A stretch of DNA of 64,000 nucleotides from the human T2T-CHM13v2.0 reference genome, Homo sapiens (GCF_009914755.1 NC_060930.1); one strand, 5' to 3'; positions 21,240-44,505 are shown, counted from the stretch's first letter. Numbers and translations: made by a program. The notes: generated by a model not told the origin, from the letters alone.

Positions 21240-21520
21240 GAGTGTAGGGAGAGGAAGAGCTTTGTAGGCAGAACAAATGGCATGCGCAGAGGTATGGAGG
21301 TGAGAGAGGTGTGGACAGATTCAAGGGCTTCCACACTGGAGTGAAGAAGGGAGAGGAAGGTAGGTGCAGATCCTGGAGGGCAGGAGTTGGGATTTTACTC
21401 TGAATGTAATGGGAGGGAGCGGAGGGGTCTACTGAAGAATTCGGAGTGAGAAATTGACATGACCTGATTTGCATTGTAGGGGGATGACAGGAGAAATTCA
21501 GCAGCCTCTCAGGATTAGAG
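21240..21520 (-). mobile_element. L2 fragment
   Basis: GGAGTTGGGATTTTACTCTGAATGTAATGGGAG...GACATGACCTGATTTG. Confidence 0.5.
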
Positions 21521-22297
21521 GCAGCCAAGAGGTCCCCAGGGTTTTAAGCAGATACAAACGTCAGGAGCAAGCAGGCACAGAAACAGTCATACATGCTGTT
21601 GTGTGAGCAAGACCGGTGAAATCCTAGCTCTCTAGCCTGTTGGAGCAGAGATAGCTCACACAAAAGACCCAACCCATGACAAATATGACAACGCTCTGAG
21701 GACAGGTTGTCAGCAAGCCTTCTCTAACAAAAATCCTTCATTAAATGTGACTGAGTGGGGATGGGAATGGAGGGGACACGCTACCGGATTTCTAGAATTT
21801 CTATACTAAGGAATCACTCTGAAGGTGTTGGGCTACTGCGTTCATCTGTGCACACATTTGTACAAGAGGGTAAGTGCTTATGTAGCTTTCTAGCAGGCAC
21901 TGTCTTTATCACTTCGTTTGCCAATTGAAAATGATCTTTGCACTCCAGCCTGGGTGACAGAACGAGACCCCATCTCTTAAAAAATGGGGTCAGCGGTGGC
22001 AGTTCATGCCTGTAATCCTAGCAATTTGAGAGGCTGAGGCAGGGGAGGATCACTTGAAGCCAGGAGTTGAAGGCTAGCCTGGCAACAAAGTGAGGCCCTA
22101 TTTCTTCAGTCAATCAAATAAAAAGAAAATGATCTTTGGCAGCTGAACCCAACCTCTCTACCCCACTGCAAGGCCCCATTGCAGTGGTCCCTATACAAAA
22201 AATATTTACATATATATATATATGTAAAAGAAAATGTTCTTTAACACCCTTCTGCTGATCAGTGAATCCTCTAGTACAGATTTTTTTTTTGAGATAG

Positions 22298-22576
<279 letters not shown>

Positions 22577-22954
22577 TAGTACAGATTAAATGAGGTATCT
22601 GAAGTACCTTCTGTGGGTGGAGTTTTGATTAGGGCCTGGGCTTGTTGTTGTTGTTGTTGTTTTTGAGACAGTCTCTCTCTGTCACCCAGGCTGGAGTGCA
22701 ATGGCGCGATCTCAGCTCACTGCAGCCTCTGCCTCACGGGTTCAAGTGATTCTCGAGCCTCATCTCCTGAGTAGCTGGGACTACAGGTGCACTCCACCAC
22801 ACCCGGCTAATTTTTGCATTTTTAGTAGAAACAAGGTTTTGCCATGTTGCCCAGGCTGATTTTAAACTCCTGAACTCAAGTGACCCGTCCACCTCAACCT
22901 CCCAAAGTGCTGGGATTACAGGTGTGAGCCGCCGCACCTAGCCTTCACTCTTTT

Positions 22955-23330
22955 TTTTATTGTGGTAAATATGCTAATAAAATTTATCATTTTAATCCTT
23001 TTAAGTGTGCAATTCAGCCGTATTAAGTACATGAATATTATTGTGTAATCATCATCACTACCATCCATCTTCAGAACTTTTTCATCTTTCCAAACTAAAT
23101 CTCTGTACCTATAAAACACAAATGCCCCATTATCCCCTCCTCCCAAACCCTGGGAAACACCAGTCTACTTCCTGTCTCTATGAATTTGACTATTCTAAAT
23201 ACCTCATATAAGTAGAATCATACAATATTTGTCCTCTTGTGTCTGGCTTATTTCACTTAGCATGCTTTCAAGCTTCATCTAGGTTGTAACCTGTATCAGA
23301 ATTGTATTCTTTGTAAAGGTTGAAAAATAT
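22955..23330 (-). mobile_element. L1MB 3' end fragment
   Basis: TTATTGTGGTAAA...AAATTTATCATTTTAA...TACCTCATATAAGTAGAATCATACAATATTTG. Confidence 0.75.
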
Positions 23331-23439
23331 CAGGATCAGGGTCTTGGAAATGTTAACTAACAGCTCCTAGAATGTAGATTAAAGTTAACCTGCACAAACA
23401 TACATATGTCACACTGGACATCTGTGCTGTAATGTAAAT

Positions 23440-25000
<1,561 letters not shown>

Positions 25001-25285
25001 CTTTGGTCACTGAGCAAAGTCTTGCGGTTAATTTTTTTTTTTAATGTATGTGTGTGGTAACAAAATGTATAACACAAAATTTATCATCTTAAACCATTTC
25101 TAAGCGTATAGGTCAGTTGTGTCAAGTACATTCACATGGTTGTGCAACCAACTTCCAGAACTTCTTTTTTTTAATTAAAAATAAATAAATAAGGCTGGGT
25201 GTGGTGGCTCACGCTGTAATCCCAGCACTTTGGGAGGCTGAGGCGGGCAGATCACAAAGTCAGGAGATCAAAACCATCCTGGCTA

Positions 25286-26552
<1,267 letters not shown>

Positions 26553-26637
26553 CAATCCCACCAACAGTGCACTAGAGTTCAAATTTCTCCACATCCTCAC
26601 CAACATTTTTTATTTTCTGTTGTTTTGAAAGTAGCCA

Positions 26638-27020
<383 letters not shown>

Positions 27021-27202
27021 TCAAGTCCTTTGCCCTTTTACATCGGGTCATTTGACTTTTTTGTTGTTGAGTTGCAGGAGTTCTTTCTGTATTCTGGATA
27101 GTAACTCCTTTTCAGGTATATGATTTGTACATATTTTCTGCCACTCCGTCAGTTACCTTTTCAGTCTTTTGATTGTGTTCTTTAATGCAAAGAAATTTGT
27201 AG

Positions 27203-27412
<210 letters not shown>

Positions 27413-28242
27413 TAGGCTGGTCTCGAACTCCTGACCTCAGGTGATCCACTGGCCTCTGCCTCCCAAAGTGCTGAGGTTACAGGTGTGAGCCACCATGCCC
27501 AGCCAGTTTATAGTTTTGATGCTGTCTGATTTATGCATTTTTACCATTGTTACCTATGCTTTTTGTATCATATCTGGGAAACACTTGCCAAATCCAACGT
27601 CAGCTTTTCCCCTGTTTTCATCTAGGAGTTTAATAGTTCTAAGTTTTATATTTAGTTCTTTGATCCATTTTAAGTTGCTTTTCATGTATGGTATAAAGAA
27701 GGACTCAATTTCATTTGTTTGCATATGGAAATACAGTTTTTCCAACACCATTTTTTGAAAGGCTGTTCTTTCTTCCTTGAACGGTCTTGGCATCTTTGTC
27801 AAAAGCCATTTAGCTGGGTGAAGTGGCAGACATATGTAGTCCTCACTACTCAGGAGGTGGGGGTAGGAGAATTGCTTGAGGCCAGGAATTCAAGGCCAGC
27901 AAGACCCCATTTCAAAAAAATAATAAGAATTTAAACAAATCATTTGGCCGTACATGCATGGGTCTATTTCTGAGTTCTCTATTATATTCCACTGGTTTAT
28001 ATGCCTGTCTGTATGCATACCATATTCTTTTGATTACTGTAGTTTTATAATAAGTTTTGAAATCAAGAAGTGTAACACCTCCAACTTTGTTCTTTTTCAA
28101 GATTATTTTAGCTATTCAGGGTCCCTTGAGAGTTTATATAAATTTGGGAATAGACTTTTCTGCCATTGGGATTTTGATAGGGGTTGCATTGAATCTGTTG
28201 ATCTATTTGTGTGTGTGGTTTTTTGTTTGTTTGTTTTTTTAA

Positions 28243-28544
<302 letters not shown>

Positions 28545-29583
28545 TAACAATATCATGTCTTTCAATCCATGAACATGAGAAGTCTTTTCATTTATTTGTG
28601 TCTTCTTTCATTTATTTCAGCCATGTTTTCAATGCACAAGTTTTTTGCCTCATTGGTTAAGTAAATTCTGAAATATTTCATTCTTTTTCATAATAATTTT
28701 GCTGTTAATTTCCTATTCAGATTGTTCATTGTTAGCATATAAAAATGCAACTAATTTTTGTATGACTTTATATCCTACAACTTTACTAAACACATTCATT
28801 CTAACTGTGTATGTGTGTTTGTATGTGTGTAATCATTAGGGCTTGCTGCATGTAAGCCCAGATGATCTATGAACACTTCCTTTCCAATTTGGATGCCTCT
28901 GTCTGTTTATTTTTAAACCTAAAATAGATTTCAACATTTCTATAAAAGATAAAGTCAATAGAGGAAGTGATTAAAGATGGGGGTGGGTGAAACTATCCAT
29001 GGAACCCATGTACTGGCATTAGCCTAGTATTCAAATAGCAGCTTCTGTTACCTCCATCCACCAGGATGCTCCAATAAAGATACAAGAGTTACCTGTATGG
29101 TTGAGTTTGAGAATTAATGAGATCCCAGTGGAGCAGAAAGACAGGAAATGCTCTGTTTGGGGCTAAAAAGTTGGAAAACCCAAAGTGACTCTTTTCCAGT
29201 GTGTTAACAGTTCCTACCTGCAGAGATGCTACCTGGACACACAGACAGAGGCACAAACCTCCCGGAGTGGGTGAGAAATCTGCGTGATGGGCATGCAGTG
29301 CACAGAGGACAACATGACCAATGACCTCTTCATCACAGCTATCTACTATAGAGGGCACAAAAATGAAATGGTGGACAAAAATACAAGGCCCAACATTACA
29401 AACTAAACAATGGTTTCATATGAGAGATCTACTATTTAATTACGATATGAGGGAAAAAAAGGAGACCACCTATTATTAAAGATCAAAGTGTCAGCAGAGG
29501 TCATATTCTACAGGCATTGTGTCTTCACTAAATTGGAGCTGAATATGATTAAAATCTTGCATTTAAAAGTGGAAGTGTTTTAA

Positions 29584-30076
<493 letters not shown>

Positions 30077-30128
30077 TGAAATGATGGGGCCTCAAAAGTT
30101 CTAAAAATGTGTGGCCCCTCAAATTCTT

Positions 30129-30644
<516 letters not shown>

Positions 30645-30751
30645 CCTCAAATTCTTAGCGCGTTAAAAATTTCTGCCTAGATCTGAGAGACCTCCTCTTA
30701 CCATTGCCAAGCCAACCTATTGTGTCTTTTACAAATATTGACTTTTACAAT

Positions 30752-30805
30752 ATTGACTTTAGTTACTGCATTGACTTTAGTTACTGCACTGACTTTAGTT
30801 ACTGC
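30752..30805. repeat. 3 x 18-bp tandem repeat A(T/C)TGACTTTAGTTACTGC
   Basis: Units at 30752, 30770 and 30788. Confidence 0.9.
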
Positions 30806-31899
30806 TTCGACATTCCATCTAAGTGGAATTAACTGGAAACTTCTCTTCGGCCTCCCTTGCAAAGTCGTTCTTTCCACAATGGGCTATTTACCTCTCTCTG
30901 TTTCTGATGCAAAAGCCTCTTGGGCCTCTAGGGAAACATCTTTCAGATCCGAGGACTATTCTTTTTTTTTTTTTTTTTTTTTTAATTTTGAGACAGAGTT
31001 TTGCTCTTGTCGCCCAGATTGGAATGCAATGGTGTGGTCTCGATTCACTCCAACTCCGCCTCCCAGGTTCAAGTGATTCTCCTGCCTCAGCCTCCCAAGT
31101 AGCTGGGATTACAGGGGCCCGCCACCATGCTTGGCTAATTTTTGTATTTTTAGTAGAGATGGAGTTTCACCATGTTGGCCAGGCTGGTCTCGAACTCCTG
31201 ACCTCACGTAATCCACCCATCTCAGCCTCCCACAGTGCTGAGATTACAGGCATGAACCACCGTGCCCAGCCAAAGACTGTCCTATATTGAAGTTGGACAT
31301 TTAAATGTACATCTAATTTGCCACTCCAAAAAATAACTTGAAATTTTCATTCAGAACTATTAGGTCTGAATGTAGGTAGTGTTTTAGTGTCATTGTCTAA
31401 AATTCTGGATCCTCTCAGCCCCAAGCATGAAAAAAAGGCCATTGTACCTACAGTTCAATTTCAGTTGTTTTTGGTTGAGCACCTCTTGGTTTTTTTATTT
31501 GCAGATGAGATGATCATAGCTGATTCTGCCTCTGTGGTCACAGTACAGGTTCTCCTTGTAGCACCGTCTTCGTTGTGAAGTTGTTCTGTGACTCTGCCTG
31601 CCGTTAAATGAACTCATTTCCCACTCACACACCTGCCTCTGAGAGCTTGATGCTGATCCTATTCGGAAACCAAGCAGTGCAGCAGCCTCACAGAATAGGG
31701 CTTCAGCCAAACTCGGACATGAGAAACACTGAGGCCTCAGCTCAGATAGGAACAGTAACCACTGAGAATTTGTATTTGCTAAAGTCAAGAAGAATCTACC
31801 ACAGTCCTCTTTATAAAACATCTGAAAATCCTTAGACTTGCAAATTTACATGTAATTTATTCATCCTTTAAACACAAACACATAGCATTTTTTTAAACA

Positions 31900-32250
31900 C
31901 CAAAACCCCCAAATATTTATTATTTCACATTTTCTGAGGATCAGGAACCCAGAAATGGCTTAGCTGGTTGGTCCTGACTCAGGGACTCTCATGAGATTGC
32001 ATTTAAGCTGTCGGCCAGGGGCTGTCATCTCAAGGATCATTTGACACTGGACTTTACTTCCAAATTCACTGTCGTAGTTGTTCATAGGTATTGGTTCTCA
32101 ACTCGCTAGGGCAGGAGGCTTCAGCCCCTTACCACACAGGCCTCTCCACTGGGTGGCTTACAAGATGGCAGCCTGCTTTCCTCAGACTGAGAGATGAGAG
32201 GGAGGATCCAAGGTGGTAGCCCAAGTCTTTAACCTCAAAAGTGATACCAG
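31900..32250 (-). mobile_element. MLT1 (F/G/H-type) LTR fragment
   Basis: ATTTATTATTTCACA...GGCTTAGCTGG...CTCTCATGAGATTGCA...GGCCTCTCCAC...CAAGATGGCAGC. Confidence 0.55.
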
Positions 32251-32774
32251 GGTTGGGCACACAGTCCAACCCTGGTAAAATATGATACGTAGCATTTTAC
32301 TTCATAGCACTAATGCTCAAAGTTGTGGATTAATAGGAAGAACATGCTCTAAATAAATGTATATGAATATACTGGGGCCAGGTACTGTGGCTCACGCCTG
32401 TAATCCCAGCCAAGGTGAGTGGATCACCTGACGTCAGGAGTTCAAGACCAGCCTGGCCAAAATGGTGATACCCTGTCTCTACTAAAAATACGAAAAGTGG
32501 CCAGGTGTGGTGGCAGTCGCCTGTAATCCCAGCTACTCCGGAGGCTGAGGCACGAGAATCACTTGAACCCAGGAAGCAGAAGTTGCAGTGAGCCAAGATC
32601 GCGCCATTGCAGAGTGAGACTCTGCCTCAAAAAAAAAGTATATATATATTTTTGGTAGAGACGGGGTTTTGCCATGTTGCCCAGGCTGGTCTCGAACTCC
32701 TGATCTCCTCAGCCTCCCACAGTGCTAGGATTATAGGTGTGAGCTACTGCGCCCGGCCTGTACTAGACTTTTAT

Positions 32775-32942
32775 ATGACCGGTGTGTTGACACCAGCATC
32801 ACCACAGACACATGCGTAATGTGTGACAATGGCTCTTACATCTCCAGGCAATAGGAATTTCTCAGCTCCATTATCATCTTATGGGACCACCATCATATAT
32901 GTGGCCCTTCATTGTGCACCATCTTACCTGGTGCAGACTGTA
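32775..32942. mobile_element. Tigger3-family DNA transposon end fragment
   Basis: CACCAGCATCACCAC...TAGGAATTTCTCAGCTCCATTATCATCTTATGGGACCACC...GACTG-TA. Confidence 0.65.
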
Positions 32943-33474
32943 CTCAAATTAGTAATTAAAATAGAATGAGATGAAACACATATAAATGGAAGTTACCTGT
33001 TTTCATTTCCACCTCAAGAGTCCTCTGAGAGCCTGCTGGTTGGGCATGGCCCTGTGTGCAGCACCTTTGTCATTACTTAGAATTGTTGCTCATGGAAAAT
33101 TCTAGAGAATCTCAGTCTCAGGATTCTTGCATTCTTGGGAAATCATGATAGGCTTAGAGTGCAACCAGAAGAGAGAATCTGAATTAAGGGGGCTTTAATG
33201 ATCATACCCAATGATTATTTTCAAGATAAATAGTTTTCCTCATTTTCTAGGTCCTAAGGACAGATTAATGGGTTGTAATTCCTGTTGTTTCCATCAATTT
33301 GTCCTCTAGAAAATAAGTTCCCCAAGTGGCTAAGTCTGTCATGTTAATTGATCTCATCTCTTGTTCATCAGCTATTGATTCACAGACAAAACTCGCACTT
33401 TGAATTGGTGGAAGCTTTTGATTCCACAATGACCAGTGAGATAGATTACATTGTTTAATGTTGGTTTTTCGTAG

Positions 33475-34338
<864 letters not shown>

Positions 34339-35084
34339 ATGCTGCTCAGGCTGGTCTTGAACTCCAGGGCTCAAGCAATCTTCCTGCTTCAGCCCTCGAG
34401 TAGCTAGGACTACTAGAGGCGTGCGCCACCCTATCTGGTTTAAATCACATTGATTAGTTTTCCTATTTTGTGGCCAACCCCTTGCCCCACCGAAACAAAC
34501 AAACAAAACAAAAAAGACAATGCACTGGTTTAAAATACGTCCAGTTTATCAAGAGAGTAACTTCATTGTTCTTGGGGCCTGTTCCCAGGCAGGCCCCCCT
34601 CACCCCCACCCCACAAAGGGATGAATAATTGTGCCAGTTTCTCCAAGGGTCTAGGGGTTCCAGGACACATAACTTAGGCTGCTAGAGGCTCCAGGAAGAC
34701 CAAGGAAGCCCTGGGGCAAGTTTCCTCGCAGCGAACTGCCTCCATTATCCTGAGATTCCCGGGGCTACAGAGGAATTGAGGAGAATGCGTGAGAAGGGAG
34801 CAGGAGTGGGTGTCTGGAAAGGGTGGGGCAGATAAGGGACTTCAAATCAGATCAGCAGCTCCTATGATGAATATATGACAAATAAGTAGTATATGGGCAG
34901 TGACTGAAACATTTGCAGCTTTAAGAAAGAACTCAAATGAGAGCCAAGCCCAAACATTTTTACCTGCTCCAAACAATTTCCGGAATCCCAACTATGTCTT
35001 GGGTGGGAGGGAAGAGACTCCCACTTAATTATCTACATGGTTTTAAGGTTTTGGATGACAATATATTTAAAGAAAGTTGCTCTA

Positions 35085-35625
<541 letters not shown>

Positions 35626-35825
35626 AAATAAAGGAAGTTGCTCTTGCAACTTATACTGAGAAAAACAGTGTTAGAATTGGGGGGAAATTATTCTTCAACT
35701 TAATTGCTAGTTTTTTCAAACCAAGCCCATCTCATAGATCTCAAAGGATCTCATAGAGGTCAGCAGTTTGAGACCAGCCAGGCCAACATGGTAAAACCCC
35801 GTCGCTACTAAAAATACAAAAATTA

Positions 35826-36194
<369 letters not shown>

Positions 36195-37559
36195 TCAGGA
36201 GGCTGAGGTGGGAGAATCACTTGAGCCTAGGAAGTCAAGGCTGCAATGAGATGTGATCCCACTACTGCACTCCAGCCTGGGTGAGACCCAGTGAGACCTT
36301 GCCTCTAAAAAAGAAAAAGAAAAAAAATAGCTTCTAATGTTGGTGAACACTATGTGCTGACAGCTTTAATCATTATTGAAGCTTTTAAAAAATATAATTA
36401 GAGAATAGTTATATTAGGAGGCTGAGGCAGGAGGATTGCTTGAGCCCAGGAGTTCTAGACCAGCCTGGGCAACATAGTGAGACCCCAACTCTAAAAAGAA
36501 AAAAAGTTTACTTATGTGTTAATCTTGGAGAGCATCTTGCTGCATTACCTTGAGTGTTGCAAATGTTTACAGGCAAGTGAATATATAATAGTTGTTATTA
36601 AATATAGGCCATAAGAATGATATGGATTTTCTAAATTCAGAAAGTATGAACCATGCTCAATTTTGTTCAAATTAAATTTAGTCTAGAAAATGAACATTTA
36701 AAACCCCAAAGTCATCCCTTTTTTAATTTTCTTTTCTTTCTTTTTTTTTTTGTGTGTGTGTGCGTGGGTTTTTTTTGAGATAGAGTCTCGCTCTTGTTGC
36801 CCAGGCTGGAGTGCAGTGGCACGGTGCGATCTCAGCTCACTGCAACCTCTACCTCCTGGCTTCAAGTGATTCTCCTGCCCCAGTCTCCCAAGTAGCTGGG
36901 ACTACAGGTGTGCGCCACCACACTCGGCTAATTTTTGTATTTTTAGTAGAAATGGGGTTTCACTATGTTGGTCAGGCTGTTCTCGAACTCCTGACCTCTG
37001 GTGATCCACCCGCCTCAGCCTCCCAAAGTGCTGGGATTACAGGCGTGAGCCACCGCACCTGGCCCTTTTTTTCTTTATCTGACTCTGAACACATCTTCAT
37101 GATCCATTAGATTCCAACATGCATTTTACAAACTAGAGCCATGCTACACATTGGTGAGGAGAGAAACAGAGAGGTGAGAGACTCTTGCAGGAGCATTTGG
37201 AAATGATATCAGCCAGGAAGATTATAGTTGTGTCCACTACTTCTTCACTGGCAAGATGAAGCCAAGGAGTGAAAGGAGCTTTGTACAAAGCACTGCAGAG
37301 TCAGGAAATCTATTGTTTCTGTATTTTATCAAGTCTGATTGTTTCAGAGTTAACAAGCTTACAAGCAAAACAAAATACCAACCTGTTAATAAGGTGTTGA
37401 TCTCTATCTTGGCTTATTTTAATATTAAAAGGGTATTTCAAATATACTGGAAAGTGAAGGAGGTTGTAAGTTGAACATAAACAGGTACCTTGGACCTTTA
37501 TTTTAGCCCGTCTGAAAATACATATTTTATCATTCTTTTTCAGAAATTAAAATTTTCAT

Positions 37560-39620
<2,061 letters not shown>

Positions 39621-39652
39621 ATTGCTATTGTTATGATTTTAAAAGCATTTAG

Positions 39653-39943
<291 letters not shown>

Positions 39944-41803
39944 TAGAGACGGGGTTTCACCATGTTGGCCAGGCTGGTCTCAAACTCCTGACCTCAGGTG
40001 ATCCACCCGCCTCCGCCTCCCAAAGTGCTGGGATTATAGATGTGAGCCACCGCACCAGGCCACAAAGGGATTTAAGTTGGTAGAGGAACATAAAATCTAC
40101 AGTTCACATCGTATAATATATTGTATAATAGCTTTGTTTTGAGTGCGCAATGTTGACTTATTGAAGCAAAGTTTCCAACTTTGAAAAGTCCTCTGCATTT
40201 TGCCTGGCACTCAACTCAGTGAAAGTTTATTTAATTAATATGTGAAAAATATATATTTTAATGTTGGATACTTATAGGGTCCTTTGTAGAAGGGATTTGA
40301 AATTGTGAGGATTACAGCCACTTGATCTACCCTGGAATGTAGACACCTTCCACATACCTTCTGGTATCTTCTAACAGTGCATCCTGAGAAATTCTTTCTC
40401 CATATTGGACACATCATTTACTCTATCTTGGTTCCAGTCCCTCCTTTGTTACTTGAGAGTAATCCTGAATTTGAGTCAGGCACCAATCTTAAACCTTGGT
40501 AAATGAAACTGAGATCCAAATAGCTGGCTTTATACTTAACTCCAAAGCAATAAATTCCTTAAGAGTTACAAGGATAGCATTTGCCTATATATATATACGT
40601 GATGTATGTCTACAAGCGGCTGAGCTTTAAACTTCATCTGTAAATTGAACATTTTCTGTAGCTTCCATATGAATTTTAGATTATTAAGTACTCATGAATT
40701 GAATACAACTGTTAATTCTTCTAGTTTATAATTAGCAAATTATAATTAATGCTCTAAAATAATCCGTCTCAAATCCTCACATAGAAAGTAAAATTCAAAT
40801 AATTTACTCACAGTTTCTTCCATAGACTTCTCAACAGGGTAATAACATTATTCTTGGTTATTTATTTTCCAGGCCATGTAAATGTTAATATTCTTATTTG
40901 TAAAAAGTAAAATCATATCTTAAGAGATGCATGCGCACATTCTAGTACTCTCTATTCTGCCTGAAACAGCTCTGTGATAAGGGAGTATTAAGAATAACAA
41001 ATTCACACGAGCACAAGATAGAGTGGGAATTAGGTTCTTAGATGACTGGATATCTCTGTGGGAACAACTGGTTTAGAAAGAAGTAGGTGTTTTATCCAGG
41101 GAAAACAAAGAAGTTATAATCAAGAGAGAAGCAGTTTCAAAGGTGAAGGTGAAGAGTTGCCAGTCTCAGCGAAGGCTTTGTAACTAGAGAATGAATCTTT
41201 AGGGTAGAGTTAACGGTAGATTTTAAACTGTTTTAATAATTAAAATTATTATTGCACTTTGAAGGGGGTGTCTGAACTCAGTTGTAAAATGTTTGACATT
41301 TGTGAATTCCTTTAATGTTATATTTGAAACTGTTTTGGTGCATGCACAAGGTGCCCAACTATGACTCTACATTTTATTGTTAAACCTCATGTGACCCGTC
41401 TTTCTGGAGAAGTATGTGTGCGAAGTACAGGTTCAGCCTGCTACACAGGCAACATGTATTTGTTTTTGAGAAATCTCAAACTGTGTTTATGAGAGAATTA
41501 ACCCTCTCAGGGAAACAGCTCTACCAACGACTGCCCCATGGGAGAGGATGTGTGGGGACACCTGCATCCTGCTATTTGGAGAAAAATTGAGCTGCTGGTG
41601 AGACATTGAACCAACAGCCTTGGACTGAGAAGTGAAAAATAGAGAACACCTGCCTCCCCTCTACCCTGATGCCAATCCAAGCAATTCCGAAGGCATCTTG
41701 GAAGCCCTAGAAAAGAAAACCTCAGTGACTCGATTTAGAACCTTGGAAACTAGAGTGGTAACTTTGTGCTTGGCACATAATAGGTACTTGATAGAAATTT
41801 ATT

Positions 41804-41900
41804 GAAAGAAAGAAAGAGAAGAAGGAAAGAAAGAAAAAGAAAGAAAGAACAGAGAAGAAGGAAAGAAAGAAAAAGAAAGAAAGAAAGAAAAGTAAAAAAA
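41804..41900. repeat. GA-rich low-complexity repeat with internal duplication
   Basis: AGAGAAGAAGGAAAGAAAGAAAAAGAAAGAAAG occurs twice. Confidence 0.85.
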
Positions 41901-42623
41901 GTAACAAACTTTGTAGCATTCTGAAGCACTAAGTGGCATACCCAAAAGGTTGGGCTATTTCATCGCTAGAGGTCATTAATAACACAACCACTTTTCTTTT
42001 CTTCTCTTTTTTTTTTTTGAGACAGGGTCTCACTATGTCATCCAGGCTGCAGTCTGGAACTCCTGGGCTCAAGTGATCCTCCCGCCTCAGCCTCCCAAGT
42101 AGCTAGGACTACAGGCATGCACCACCACTCCTGGCTAAATTTTTTTTTATTTTTTGTAGAGATGGGAGTTTCACTGTGTTGCCCAGGCTGGTCTTGAACC
42201 CCTGGTGTCAAGCAATCCTTCCACTTCAACCTCCCAAAGTGCTGGGATTACAGGCGTGAGCCACCGCGCCCAGCGCAATGATTTTACTTTTTACAAATAA
42301 GAGTATGAACATTTACATGGCCTGGAAAATAAACAAAAAGCAAGTAACTGCTAATCTAAGCAGATGCTGATATCTTCCTCAGCACGTAGGTTGTACACTG
42401 TTGGCTTGACCCTGCAATCCTTTCTGAAAATTTAAAGGGTAGTAGATGTGAAAAGCTTTGCTAAGAATTTCCCAGGAACAAAGTAAATATAATCTCACAG
42501 AATGTGAAAATGTTGATAGTATTTGTGCTACTTACTGATACATTTTCAAATGTGCTGACGTTAATCATTCTCAAATAGTTTTTTTTTTCTTCTTCTTTTT
42601 TTTTTTTTGGGACGGAGTCTTAA

Positions 42624-42921
<298 letters not shown>

Positions 42922-43039
42922 TAAAATCCTAAGTGAGGTCCAAATGCCACGTTTCAGTAACACCTCTGAGAGGAGAGAACACAGTTGATTGAAAGGGAAG
43001 GGGAGTGCCATGCGGTGGTGAAGCGTGGACCCTGAAAGC

Positions 43040-43230
43040 AGATGCCAGTTGGACTTCCTGCTCTTCCAACTCCTGGCTGTGAAACCTGAAGCACACAATT
43101 TAATTTCTCCGGGCCTACTCCTCCCCCTCCTGCCAATGGTAAAATGAGAATAATACTATCTATCCCATGGGGTTATTGTAAAGATTATTATGTAAAGTGC
43201 ATTGAACAGTGCCTGGTACAGAGTAAGAAT
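43040..43230 (+). mobile_element. MIR
   Basis: GGTAAAATGAGAATAATACTATCTATCCCATGGGGTTATTGTAAAGATT...AACAGTGCCTGGTACAGAGTAAG. Confidence 0.6.
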
Positions 43231-43386
43231 TCTAATGTTTCCTAAATAGTCAAAATTTAAGTCAAAATGGGGGAAATGTGTATAAATTCCTAAAACTAAG
43301 CATTTTGCAAATATACTGTTTCTTAAGAGATAAACTCCAGAGAAATTGGCCTTCGTGTAGTCCTTTAAATAAAAATAATTAATTCA

Positions 43387-43536
<150 letters not shown>

Positions 43537-44493
43537 TCAGAAAACAAATTTGATGGTGAGTAACTAACCTATGGTTCCCAGGGTACCATTCGATTCATGC
43601 AATTCATTAGGCATGAAACATCCTAGTGCTGAACTACTGCTTACACCCTTTCTACAAAATTGTACTAAATCTGAGTATGAGATATTTATCTGGAATTTGG
43701 TGTGAATATTCCGAAAGTTTCTTCCTTCTTTCTTTCTTTTTTTTTTTTGACAGAATCTTGCTCTGTCGACTAGGATGGAGTGCAGAGGCACAGTCATAGC
43801 TCACTGCAGCCTCGAATTCCTGGGCTGAAGTCATCCTTCTACCCCAGCGTCCCCAGCCTCCTGAGTAGCTAGGACTACAGGTGCACCACTGCGCCTGGCT
43901 AATTTTTTTATTTTTTGTAGAGACAAGGTCTCGCTATGTTAACCAGGCTGGTTTCTTCATTCTTAATGGAGATTCAAAGTATTTGTGAAAACTGGGGCAC
44001 TCGGTTGCTAGTTACAACTGGAATAAATTTTGTCTTTCAGCCCCAAAGCCTTAATGCTTTGCGCCAAGCAATCCAGCTACAAATTTAATTTAGTTCAAAT
44101 ACTTATTGATTGGCTGCCATGCTCATGTAATACATATTATATTCAAGGGTCGGAAATGAAAGGATGCAAGCCACTTGTGCTGGTATTATTTAAAGTCTTC
44201 ATCTTTTGAGAAAGGCTGATGGCAAAGGAACAGATCTATGCTGTCATGTGTCGGCATCGCGCGGAGCAGAGGTGGCCTGGATGGGTAACTTCCAGCACAG
44301 GCCCTCAAAGAAGGACGGGCACATTTCCGGTAACAGCCTCATTTCCCCCCGTTCCCCGGGGGAAGGGGGGCGGCTAGCACTGCTGATGGCATCGCCTGAC
44401 ATCACTTGTTCCGGAGGATAGGAGAGCGTGGGCCTGCGTGGCCCACCTCATCCGTGGCCTGACTGCGTTAACCTCTCGGTTCCCTGCTCTTGC

Positions 44494-44499
44494 CACGTG
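44494..44499. promoter_or_regulatory. E-box CACGTG (USF/MYC-type)
   Basis: CCACGTGA 6 bp upstream of the CArG box within the CpG island. Confidence 0.6.
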
Positions 44500-44505
44500 A
44501 GGTGC

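Noticed and set aside
22162-22188. 9-bp hairpin CCACTGCAA-N7-TTGCAGTGG
   Set aside because: Short and probably within an old LTR-like fragment; nothing else supports function.
30752-30805. CRISPR-like array
   Set aside because: Head-to-tail repeats with no spacers, in a eukaryotic context with no cas genes.
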